This document shows positions 53,597 to 64,000 of a stretch of DNA of 64,000 bases, in pieces. Both the position numbers and the translations under genes were made by a program. The stretch spans positions 3,596,001 to 3,660,000 of the forward strand of contig CM102283.1 of the NCBI GenBank assembly GCA_046563655.1. The letters run 5' to 3'. Source of the stretch: Yuukianura sp. NJ FZ-2021. Its lineage: Eukaryota. The first letter of the stretch is position 1; each line of letters begins with the position of its first letter. Below the pieces are notes generated by a model, which saw nothing but the letters and a program-made list of their open reading frames with translations, was not told the DNA's origin and did no database searches.

Positions 53597-53889
53597 CAGG
53601 AAATATTAATAAATTCTAATAAAAAAAAATATTAATTATTAATTTTGTTTCTATTATTTCGCAACGTGTGCCGTCAATTTCAGCGTTTGAACCTGGACGA
53701 GTTGCCATGGCGACATTTCTACGCAATCGCAAACAAAAGTTCCACTTCAAATTCTACTGCTCCGATTTTCAGATTTCGAAAAAACGGAATATTCAAAATC
53801 GCTGGCAACACTGCTTGCTTCTCGTTTTTAGCAAGTTTTAGTTGTAAAGCTCGCGCTTGAAAAGTAGAGAACGTTTTTGGCATAAAAAG

Positions 53890-55922
53890 ATGCCGCGAAC
53901 CATGCGTGAAAAGAGTTTGAGGTCAAGTGTGAGAGGTCAAGAGTCGAGTAGTTCCGTGTGTCCTGTACCAGGCAGAAGTCTAGGTCGTAATGTCAGTTTG
54001 AGCAGTATGACTTCGGAACAATACAGAGATGGACTCGGCAGCGGCGACATCGTCGTGGGCACAGAACCAACCGTCATGTTCTTTGCATGCAAAAACGAAA
54101 CGTTTCAACTACGACACAACTACAAACGGTTCCACCGTGTTCTCAAGTCGCATCTCTCTTGCTCAATTATACCGTAAGTGTCCAAATTAACTTTAATTTA
54201 ATTAACTTTTAATTGATTAATTGATGATTTTTAGACTGGACCAGGACTTGGGTGATGGACTACTGGCGTTTTGCAACTTGGTGATCCTAGCTGGGCTGAA
54301 TGCTGCTCTGACTCCGGACGAACAAAGTCTGCTCTTCGAGTATGTCCAAAATGGCGGCTCTGTTTTGGTCCTCGGAGAGTCCATGACGTCACCCCATGTC
54401 ACCAATGACTTCACTCGACACTTTGGAATGACCTTGACACAAGGTATGACTTCAGAGACAAGGAAACACAGGGAAAAAAAATAATGATCGGAGTGGGACT
54501 CGAACCCATAACTCCTTAATCCTGCAAGAGCTCTAACCAGTGGGCTAATAGGCTCAAATTTAAATATGACGGAATTCATTGTCCCAAACAGAAGGAAACT
54601 GATTTAAATGGCTGATTTTAGGATTTTTACATAATCGCTGATTTTGGAATTGTATAATCGCTGTTTTTTTCAGATGTGGTGATCAGCGTGGTCCGGAAGA
54701 AGCAGTATCATCCGAAAGAGTGTTTCGTCCCTGGAGCCGTGATTTGTCCAACGCTGTTTCTGAATGGGACTGGATTTGAAGATGAGGATAATCTGGACAT
54801 TGTTTATCCGAATGGCTGTTCGCTGAATGTCCAGACATCGCTGGCAGCGCCAATCATTTCCAGCGGTTCCAGCTCTTATCCGTGCTGCCGCCCCCTGGGG
54901 GGACTCTACTACAACGTAGAGTCAAAAGGACGGGTCATCCTCTTTGGTTCTGGACATGCCTTTACAGATGAGTAAGATTTCAAAAAATTTTCAAAATTTC
55001 GAAAAGTGTTTTTTGAATATTTTTTGTTTTGTGTTTAGGTACATTGGACTGGAGGACAACAAGAAACTGCTGGAAGTACTGCTGGATGTGCTGGTGACTG
55101 AGCAGGAGCTGGAACTGGTTGTGCGTGACAGCGAATTGATGGAACACGAGGATTTTTACTGCACTGGAAAAAAGGCTGGAAGGTTCCGCGGAGCGCTGCA
55201 GGACATTGACGAGCACATTTTTCCTGGAGCTGCCAATAACATCGTCATGAGTGGGCAAGTTTTTTTTAAAAAAAAAAGTAAACTTTTTTGAAAATTTTGA
55301 AATTTTGAAATGTTTTTAGGTCAACTAAACCGGTGAACCTCATGGCGTGCAACATTGGAAAATTTGACTATGCTCTGCACAACGATGTCTGCAATGCCTA
55401 CGATTTGCTGCAAATCGATCGCGGTCCTTTACCGCAATCGGTTCAACCGCAATTCGAAACGCCTTTGTTCCCTCCAAAACTGGCAGTAAGTTTTCAAACT
55501 AAAATTTTTCAAAATTTTGAACTTTTTTAGTTGAATTTTTTATTCTTCAGGTATTCCCTCCAACATTTCGAAATCTGCCGCCACCACCGTTGGAGTTGTT
55601 TGACCTTGACGAAGAACTTTCTCCAGTGGACAAGCGACTTGGTCGCTTACTCAACAAATGCACTTCGGAGGACAATGACCTTGAATTCTTCATTGAATCT
55701 TTAGAGGATCTGCTGGAGGTCAAAGTTCAACAAAATTGCTCAAATCGCCCCAAGGCCATTCTGCATGCCATGATGACTCAATTAGTCAACTTCAAAATGT
55801 CGCCTCTTAACTGCATAGACTCTGACTCTGACACTTCTTCAGTGACCTCTGCCATGTCCATGATTGACAACAAATATCTGGATTCTGCTCAACATGATGA
55901 AGATTCTGCTTCTCAGGACTAA
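53890..55922 (+). CDS. IFT52: Divergent intraflagellar transport protein 52-like
   Basis: Six exons; F.ACKNE.F, Y..NGG.V.VLGE, YHPKEC.V, VYPNGCSLNV, SSG..SYP..RP, GSGH.F.DEYI..EDN, QPQFETPL.P...AVFPP.FR.LPPPPLELFDLDE, L.NKC..DLEFF. Confidence 0.85.
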
Positions 55923-56119
55923 AAACTAATTCCAAAATGGATTGCTTCATTTTCAAAAAAAAATCGAGTAATCAAGATTTTCTAAAGAAATCGACATCTA
56001 AAAATCTAGACCTTCTAAAAAATGTAAGTGAAAATCTCAGCTCTTGAAAACTTCAGTGTAAAAGTGAAAAAAAATGTTTTGGCGAAATTTTTTGGAAAGT
56101 TAACCAATATTTTTTTCTG

Positions 56120-56265
56120 AAAATTCTTCTCCTGTTTTTCTAAAAATTTCTTCATCGTGTTGTGGAAAACTCTGTTTTTCTAAAAATTTCTTCCTGTTGT
56201 GGAAAACTCCTCTTTGTGGAAAAATTTCTTCCTGTTGTGGAAAATTCGTGTTTTTTTCTAAAAAT
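56120..56265. repeat. Short degenerate tandem repeat
   Basis: TTTTCTAAAAATTTCTTCCTGTTGTGGAAAA-type units about 4 times. Confidence 0.7.
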
Positions 56266-58627
56266 TTGTTTCTGATGTTTTAAATTTTGTTTTTCAGCTT
56301 TTAGTTTTGTGCTGATGGTGGTCAAATGAGTATGCTGAGACATGATGCTGTGGCAGTTGATTTGAAAACCACCATGAACTGGTTCAAAGGTTAACAAAAC
56401 TTGGATCGCATAATGATTTAACACAGTGAGTCAAGTGACTCATCACTACTTGAGTGAGTGTTAATGTGAATAGCAGTAATTGTTTTCTTGATTAATGAAC
56501 TTGTTAATTATGTTTACAAACACAGACACTCATCTTCTGAATCGCAGTTTCAAACCACTCCTTGAACTTTTTAAATTCAAATCTACGCAACTGTTTTAGA
56601 TGTGACCTCTTTCCGTGACCTCTGAGGTCAATGACCTCCAAAATCCACAAACACGAGTATTATCTGCTAACAAGAACTTTATTCCCATGAGTGTGTAATT
56701 TTGATTTAGAATCTGGAAATTTATGTGGAGGAGGGTGCATTTGTCCAATTTTTAAACCGGTTTATTCCCATGCACTTTGCAATTTAGAAAAAGACAATCA
56801 ACTTTTTCGTTTCCCATGTAAAAACAGGATTTTTATGATAACTTCCGGACGTAATCTCAAAAGCTCCACAACTTTTATGTGAACTTGGTACTTTTGTTTT
56901 TCTCAACGCAAAGGTCAAAGGTCAAACGACCCCAAAATCTCTACGAACTTCGCCCGCAACTTATTTTAGCAGAGTTAAGTAAACTTCTGACCATAAAATT
57001 CAAGAAAGACGCAAGTTTCATCTTGCCAACTTGCCTAAAAATCTTGAATTGCGTCACGAAAGTCAGTTTTTTTAAACCGACTAGCAGAATTGCGTAATTT
57101 CTAAAAAAAATACTAAAAGTTAGGACTAGTAAAGTCGGTGTTCTTTTTGTAACTTTAAGTTTAAAAAAAAGTTTTAAAATGTTTACGTGCAGTCTAGTTT
57201 GTAATTTGCGTAGACTGAACGTGTTTATTAAATTTTGACATTTTTAGCCTTGACTTTTGTTGACGTCAAAAGTATTTAGTGGGGTTAAGATTTTGTAAAT
57301 TTTCAGGCCGAATCTTCATACCAGTTTTCACTTGTCAGAAAAAAGAAGATTTTGCCTGAGGCACGGACACGCGAACAACGCTGTACAAATTTCATGGCCG
57401 TCTGCAACTTTAAAAATTTTGGTTTTTAAAACTGTCAAATCCAATTTTACTGCAATTGAATTACTCTGATTGCCATCCGTCGAAATTAAAATTTTAGAGT
57501 ATGCTGAAATTTTTTTTGGCCTTTTTTCTCTAAGTTTTTACTAAACGAGAAAAAAATTTAGTCCGCGGTTCAAAATTTAATTTTGCTCAACAGTTGCAGC
57601 CCAACGCCACTCAATTGCATGTTCAAAGTTTTAAGATTCAGTCGACCATCATCTTCATCAGCAAAAGAACAAACTGAATCACAACACCATGCAACTTTAA
57701 GTTTTCAATTTTTTGCAACTTTGTCTTACTTTTGCTACTTTTTACAAGATTTTTACAAATCAAGAAACAACTTTTGCACAAACCATCTCGTGCCAAGTTC
57801 ATTCTGACAGCAGCAGTTGCTAAGTGACAAAAACCGTTTTACTGACAGAATCTAAAAGTGTTTCAAAATTTCAATTTTTTTAAGCTTTTTTTTTGCTTTT
57901 AGTCATCACTCGTCATCTTTTCTTTTGTTTCAATTCTTTGTTCAACTGTGTTTATTCTGCTTCAAACCAAATTTGGAAACAAAGACGAAAAGATTTGGAG
58001 ATACAAAACAAAGATTGTTGGAGACGCACAAAAAACTGCGGTTTCCATTTCCCATCTGCCTGATTATTCATCGCAGTCTTCATCCGAACTTGTTCCAACC
58101 ACTTATTAAAAGTTCTTATTCTTTGTTTTCAACAAAATACATTGACTTTAACACCAAACACGGTTCACAGAAAACGCGATTGCGCAACCCGTCGCAGTTG
58201 ATGAGCGTCACTCACTCTTTGCAGCCTTCAACTTTTAACACAAGTAAAAAAAATCTATTGTTTTCAGTGTCAACAGTTCAGCAGTGCGAAAACAGTTTAA
58301 AAAATAATTTGGTTTCTATTGTTATTAATTTTTGACTCGTGCTAAAAACAACAACTAATTAGCACTAACCTATAAAGTAACTTTTCAATGTCGTTTTTGT
58401 CAACTTGAAAGTCAATTTTTGGCAAACTTTTAAGCTTTAACTCTTAAAAGCAGCTTTTTAGTCAACTCTCTACAAATTGTTTCATTTTTAACACAAGTTT
58501 GGCAACAATCGTTCTCTTTGGTTTGTAGTTGAGCCACGTTGTACTTCAGCATCAGCTGAAAATTGAGGCGTGACCTTGATTGACCTTTGAGAAGGTCATT
58601 GACCTTTTGGTGAAGGTCAGCAGCATT

Positions 58628-60570
58628 ATGCATCGCAGAATGTCAGAACAAGAAGGTCAGCCGGAGAATATCATCTGCCGACTTTGCTTCTACTTTGAAG
58701 CTGGTGAGTCACCTAAGCTGCTTTTAATTAAAAATAGTTGTAATTAAGTAATTACAGTTAAGTAATTACAAGTAATTAAAATTGAATTTAAGTATTTCAG
58801 CTTGAATTAACTGAAAGTTCATGTGTTTGAAAAAGTTGATGATGTGAATTTTGTTTTTTAGAGAAGCCTGGGGACTACTTTGTGGTGGCCAAATGTGGTC
58901 ACATCTACCATCATAGGTCAGTCGTCATGTCACTTTTAACTATGATTAGTTAAGATTTACAGATTTAATTGTTAGTTAATCTAAAACTAATGTTTGTTCA
59001 TCTTTTATTTGCTAATAGTTGCATCCGAGATTATCTTGATCGAGGGAGATTTGTGTAAGAAAATAATCTAAACATGAAGTTGACCTCGTGACCTCATCTC
59101 AAATTCCAGATGGAGCTTTTTATAATTTGATGACGACACACTTTTAATCTGTTGCTCTTGATTTATTTGAATTGTACAAGGTGTCCCACCTGTAATCGAC
59201 CCATGCACATTAAAAAACTGACCAAGTTGTACGGAGTGGACCCATTCCCACAACCCATCATCAACTGTAACTCTCCTTCTACGAGCCAGTAAGAACTTAT
59301 AATATTAATTAATTTAATTAGTTAATTAATTTAATTTAATTAGTTAATTAATTAATTTAATTAATTTGTTTTTATTGATTTTTTGTAGCATTTATAGTTT
59401 CAAATTGGCTTTACTTGGTTCTTCTGGCGCTGGGAAATCGTGTTTACTTCGTAGATTTTATGTATGACTGTTTTTATAAATTTTTTGAAAGTTTGCACTT
59501 GTTTTCAAAATTTTAGTTTAAAAATGCCTTTTTATAACTTTATATTTTGGTTTTAAATTGTAGGACAACACGTTTGATACCAAGATAAGTTACACTGGAG
59601 GGACAGATTTGGTAAGAATTTGTGTAATTAAGGCTAATTACACAAAGTAATTAGTAATTCATTTGTAGTTCATCAGTAATTTATGATAATTCGATGTAAT
59701 TTGTGCTTCTAGGTCCGTAAAACAATCCATATGGGAGATGGAATTGTCCAATTGATAATCGTGAGTAACTTTTCAAGAATAATTTACAAAAATTTATGGG
59801 TTTGAGGCGAAGCCCCAGCAAGAATGCACAGCATTCTTTGCTTCAACTAATTTTTTTTAAACTAAAAAAAATTTTTTCAGTGGGATACCATTGGCCAAGA
59901 CAAATTTAAGTCTGTCATTTCTACTTGTGTCAGAGATGCTCAAGGTAAATTTCAAAAGTCAAAATTTTTAGCTCAAAAATTTTTTGCTCAATTTTTTTTT
60001 CAAAATTTTGCAGGGATAATTTTCGTTTTTGACGTTGGTAAAAAAGAGAGTTTTGAGGCTGTGGAGTGGTGGTGGGAATTTGCAGAGTCATATGGCCCCA
60101 AGGACTCTGTCAAAATTCTCGTGGGGAACAAAACGGATTTAGAGAAAGATCGAGTCATCGAATCCACCCAGGGGGAGGTAAAAGAAAAATTAGGCACAAA
60201 AAAACACACTTCAATGTGCCAAAACATGCAAATTTTACACTTTTCCAACTCAAAATCTCATTCAAGTTTTACTGGTTTCCATTTTTGAAATTAGGAACTT
60301 GCAAGTCGTCTGAATGTTTCGTACTTTGAAACTTCTGCCAAAGAGGATCACAATGTAGAAGAAGTTTTTCGCACAATGACTGGAACGATTTTGCAAAACG
60401 ACTGGATTTTATCTGCAGTGCAGCAGCGATTGGGCGATTCGACGCTCAAATTGCACCAATCAAAACTCGGCTCAACTTCGAGCGAGGACGAATCAGCGTC
60501 GTGCTTCGAGTGGCTTCAGCGCGGAGTTTCAAACATTCGAAGAGCCTTTAGAACAAATTCAAGCCACTAA
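58628..60570 (+). CDS. RING-H2 finger / Rab-like GTPase fusion protein, copy 1
   Basis: Ten exons, all GT-AG and phase-compatible: 58628-58703, 58862-58916, 59019-59054, 59181-59288, 59389-59461, 59564-59611, 59713-59760, 59881-59944, 60014-60177, 60295-60570. RING: CRLC..CGHIYHHSC..CPTC. GTPase: GSSGAGKS, WDTIGQ, GNKTD, ETSAK. Confidence 0.82.
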
Positions 60571-60605
60571 ACAGCGAAAAACTGCTAAAAAAGTACGAAA
60601 AAGAA

Positions 60606-60718
60606 ACGGACCAATGAGAAACTTTCAGAGAAACCAAAATGGACCAATCAGCGACTTTGAAACAAAATGGACCAATGAGGACCCTCGTGTGAAAGAAAAC
60701 ACGGACCAATGAGAAAGC
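60606..60718. repeat. Four GGACCAAT(G/C)AG repeats (CCAAT-box-like)
   Basis: Copies at ~60608, 60640, 60669 and 60703. Confidence 0.7.
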
Positions 60719-60908
60719 GTTTTCACTTTTCCTACGAAAATATTTGACTAAAACACTGTGATTCGTCCGTAAAATGAAATGTAGTGATTTTTGTTAACTT
60801 TTGTAAACAAAATTTGAAAAACAATTGAATTAAACAAATATTTATAAGTGTAAAATATTAAAATTTTAGTTTTGTAAATAAAATTAGTTGCAAAATATGT
60901 ACTCCTCG

Positions 60909-61422
60909 TCAGCAACAGCATTCGTCGTAACTGGATCCTCCTATACCGCACAAGTAGCTGTTGAAGTTACATCCATGTGGACAGTGTCGTATGTTATATC
61001 CGCACCGTGACTCTTCACAGCCACCGTGACCACGCCCCCTTCCACCGTGACCACGCCCCCTTGCGCCGTGATGAACATGCTCATGCGCAATGTCCGTTCC
61101 ACTGCCATGAAATTCTGCTGATCCAGCAACAACTGACGGTGGAGCTCCATCAAAAAAGTCGTCATGATCGTAATAAAAATCTTGACGCCGAGAGCGGGAT
61201 TTGAACCCCTTCCCTAAAAAATGAAATTGGAAACTTTCGCCAATACGCCATTTCACAAAAAGTGTTTTTAAGCAAAAAAAAATCAGCTAAAATTCTAAAA
61301 AGTTCCAAACATTTCTTACCTTGTGAAGCAGCAGCAGCAGAATCTTCGGCATAATTTGAAAAAAGTAAGCTGAAAAATAGGCAACAAAAAATGAAAATGG
61401 GAACGGTTCTCACTGTTGCCAT
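60909..61422 (-). CDS. Small secreted His/Gly-rich peptide precursor with an 8-Cys C-terminal module
   Basis: Exons 61422-61320 and 61213-60909. Signal peptide, RSRR basic site, acidic segment, (GRGHGG)2, C-x4-C-x6-C-x3-C-x6-C-x9-CCC*. Confidence 0.7.
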
Positions 61423-62202
61423 TTTTGAAAAAGCGTGCACGACTGTTGACCTGCACTACTTAAACTTAACTGTGACATTGTTCTTTCTGTGTAGAAGGAT
61501 ATCCTGCCAGTGGTGACATGGTTCACTAGTTGATTTCGTTGAGCACGTACAAAGGAAGTAACTAAAGAGTTTAAGTTAAGAGTGAGAGTCTCAAAATTAG
61601 TAAGTAACGCTCCAACAATTTTAAATTGTCCCACCATTCCTTTTACAGCAGCATTTCATGTAATCATGCCTCCGAGGAAATAACAACAAAATGTTCACGA
61701 AAAATTGCCCAGTCGTTAACGATTTCCGTATTTCATAATATTCATTTTTTTGCAGTTTTGTCATTTGTCACTTTAAGATTTTGGTAAATTGCAACTGTTT
61801 AACTCCCCATAGTTGAAATATTTGGCTATGAAAACTATAATTTCACAAATATTTTCACTTTTACTTTTGGAGGGTCCTTACGATGACGGAAGCGGCAAAA
61901 TTTGAAAGCTTTTACTCATTTTTTGCATAATCTCTGAAACAAATTCTCCGTCGGGATCGGGAAACTTTTTGCAGTATGCTGTTTTGTTTTCTTTTGCCAG
62001 CTGACACTTCTATTGTCATTGTCATGACCTCATTATTTCAATGTCACCTTGTCATACTCATGTCGTCATCAACCATAAACGTCAATACTTTAACAAAATT
62101 ATTCAAAATTTATATTTAAAATGGTCCAAATGTTAATTCAAAATTATTTAGTTCCAAGCATCTGTGATATAGACAGGAGGTAAATGCGTGGTTTTCAGCA
62201 GA

Positions 62203-62285
62203 GCCTCTATAGCTCAGTGGTTAGAGCATCTGTCTTGTATCCTCAATTTAACAGAAGGTCGGTAGTTCGAACCTGCCTAGAGGCT
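62203..62285 (+). tRNA. tRNA-Thr(UGU) with a 10-nt intron at 37/38
   Basis: Acceptor GCCTCTA/TAGAGGC, D-arm GCTC/GAGC, anticodon stem TCTGT/ACAGA with loop CT-TGT-A[TCCTCAATTT]A, T-arm GGTAG-TTCGAAC-CTGCC; oligo-T Pol III terminator follows. Confidence 0.85.
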
Positions 62286-62813
62286 TAATTTTTTTTAAAA
62301 TTAATTAATGATCAATTAAGTTTTGATTTTGAATTATTTCAACACGTAGAGTCTTCTATTTTGGAGTAAAACACGATTTTCGTATTTTTAATTCGCAAAA
62401 TACTTTAAAAATCTTTAACAACAACGCTTTGCAAAGATTTTTGAATTAAAAATTGATTAATTTTAAAAATTTATTTTGGAAAATGAACACTTATGTTTCA
62501 TGGTTTGTGTGAACCGTGCTTAAAGTTGGGGTGAAAACATGTTTTCTGCTTCCTTGAGCCTCTTTGGATTTGCTTTAAAAATTTTATTGAAAAAAATGAA
62601 TAATGTCGACTCTTATGGCCGAAGGCTGATTTTGGGCAGAAATCAGCGTCAGTTCCTATTATGATAAGGTGAACTGATTGCGAATTTGATAAGACTGGGA
62701 AGCGCTGAATGCAAACAGCGACACTACGTTAGGCAACCTCAGTTTTATTGAGCATAGCTCAATTGTTTGCCAAAACTGATCAGTGCAATTCCCCAAAATT
62801 TTAGTTGAATCAA

Positions 62814-63950
62814 ATGGCAGAGCACTTTACGTGTGCCATTTGTCTCGATTTTGCTTCTGGTAATTACAAGCAGTAATTACTTTAATTTCGTTTGATTTGA
62901 ATTAATTTTACTTAATTTTTCCCGGGTAGAATATCCTAACAAAGACTATTTTGTGAGCACCCGCGGAGGACACATCTTCCACTTTCTCTGTATCAAACAA
63001 CACATCAACAACGGAGATGACACGTCAGTATAACAGTCAAAGTCCAAACTTCAAAGAATCAAATTTCAAAATCAGTTTTCAAAATTTGGAATTTCGTTTA
63101 CTCAAAATTTTGGTAGATGCCCATTGTGCCGAGAACCAGTAGTGCTAAACGACCTGACGCGTCTTTACGGTATCCGAATCAAGAAAACAGCAATGTCGGT
63201 TCGATTGCAATCCGACGGCAGCGACGGAACGTTACCGTAAGTTTCCAAAAATTCGAAACGAAAAGACCACAAACTTTTTCAAATGGCAAAAATTTCAGGT
63301 CAATCAAAATTGTGATACTTGGGAACAGCAGTGTTGGAAAATCCAGCATTCTCAGAAGATTCGCCGTAAGTTTTTCTAAATAAGCAGTACAAACCACAAT
63401 ATTCTAAACTTTAAAATTTAAAACAGCTCTGTTTCTAAAATTTTTAGAACAAAGAATTCAACGTAGAACTGAACCCCACATGTGGCTGTGATGTCGTAAG
63501 TACTTTTGCTACTCCATATCCTTAAAAACCGAAATTTCAGTTGTTGTTTTTTTTTCAAAATCAAAATTGAATTTTGAAAACTAGGTTTTCCGGAACATTG
63601 CAATCGGTGGAAAAGTTTTTCGACTGAACCTGGTACGTTATCTCAATTTTCCTCAATCTAAATCAAACATTGACCCAGATCGTTGACGTTTGTGTAAAAA
63701 TGTTGACCTTTGACCTTTGAAGTGGGACACAGCAGGTCAAGAAAACTTTAGATCCGTCGTGTCCACTACAGTAAGAGGTGCCATGGGTGTCATCTTGGTC
63801 TATGACGTCACAGACATACTTTCACTTAACGACGTAGAAGGCTGGCTAAAATTTGCACAATCAAATGGACCAGAAGATTCTGTCAAAATTTTAGTCGGAA
63901 ACAAAACGGATTTGACTGAACATCGCAAAGTGACTCCACTCATAGGCCAG
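62814..63950 (+). CDS. RING / Rab-like GTPase fusion protein, copy 2 (3' end beyond the window)
   Basis: Exons 62814-62859, 62930-63023, 63117-63236, 63299-63365, 63448-63495, 63585-63632, 63723-63950 in frame. CAIC..GGHIFHFLC..CPLC then GNSSVGKS, WDTAGQ, GNKTD. Confidence 0.8.
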
Positions 63951-64000
63951 GTCACACCTTAAACAAAATTAATCACAATTAATTAAAACTTTTAAAAATT

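Noticed and set aside
56300-58600. ORFs 56691-58335
   Set aside because: No motifs or consistent splice structure; treated as non-coding.
62203-62285. tRNA-Tyr(GUA) reading
   Set aside because: The 5-bp anticodon stem pairs only with TGT centred, and the G1-C72/C2-G71 acceptor fits Thr rather than eukaryotic Tyr (C1-G72).

Overview
Eukaryotic (arthropod-type; species not determinable here) AT-rich, gene-dense genomic DNA with short spliceosomal introns. By manual splicing I reconstruct about 23 protein-coding genes. Recognisable genes: grindelwald-like TNF receptor, divergent Roadblock/LC7, Mpv17, CLP1, dynein LC8, NDUFAF7, a PRKCSH-N-like membrane protein, a Stubble-like serine protease, doublesex (flanked by long non-coding tracts), a UBE2J2-like E2, DET1, VPS37, BBOX1 and a divergent IFT52. 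There is also an intron-containing tRNA-Thr(UGU), a Helentron-type (HINE/DINE-1-like) element, a Harbinger-type MITE and several tandem repeats. The most unusual features are (1) two neighbouring paralogues that splice an N-terminal RING-H2 finger in frame onto a Rab-like GTPase, which the ORF track misses because the exons are tiny, and (2) a tandem pair of genes carrying a toxin-type (Tox-ART-HYD1-like) ADP-ribosyltransferase domain. All exon models are read by eye from splice signals and reading-frame continuity, and family calls come from recalled motifs; no database search was run.
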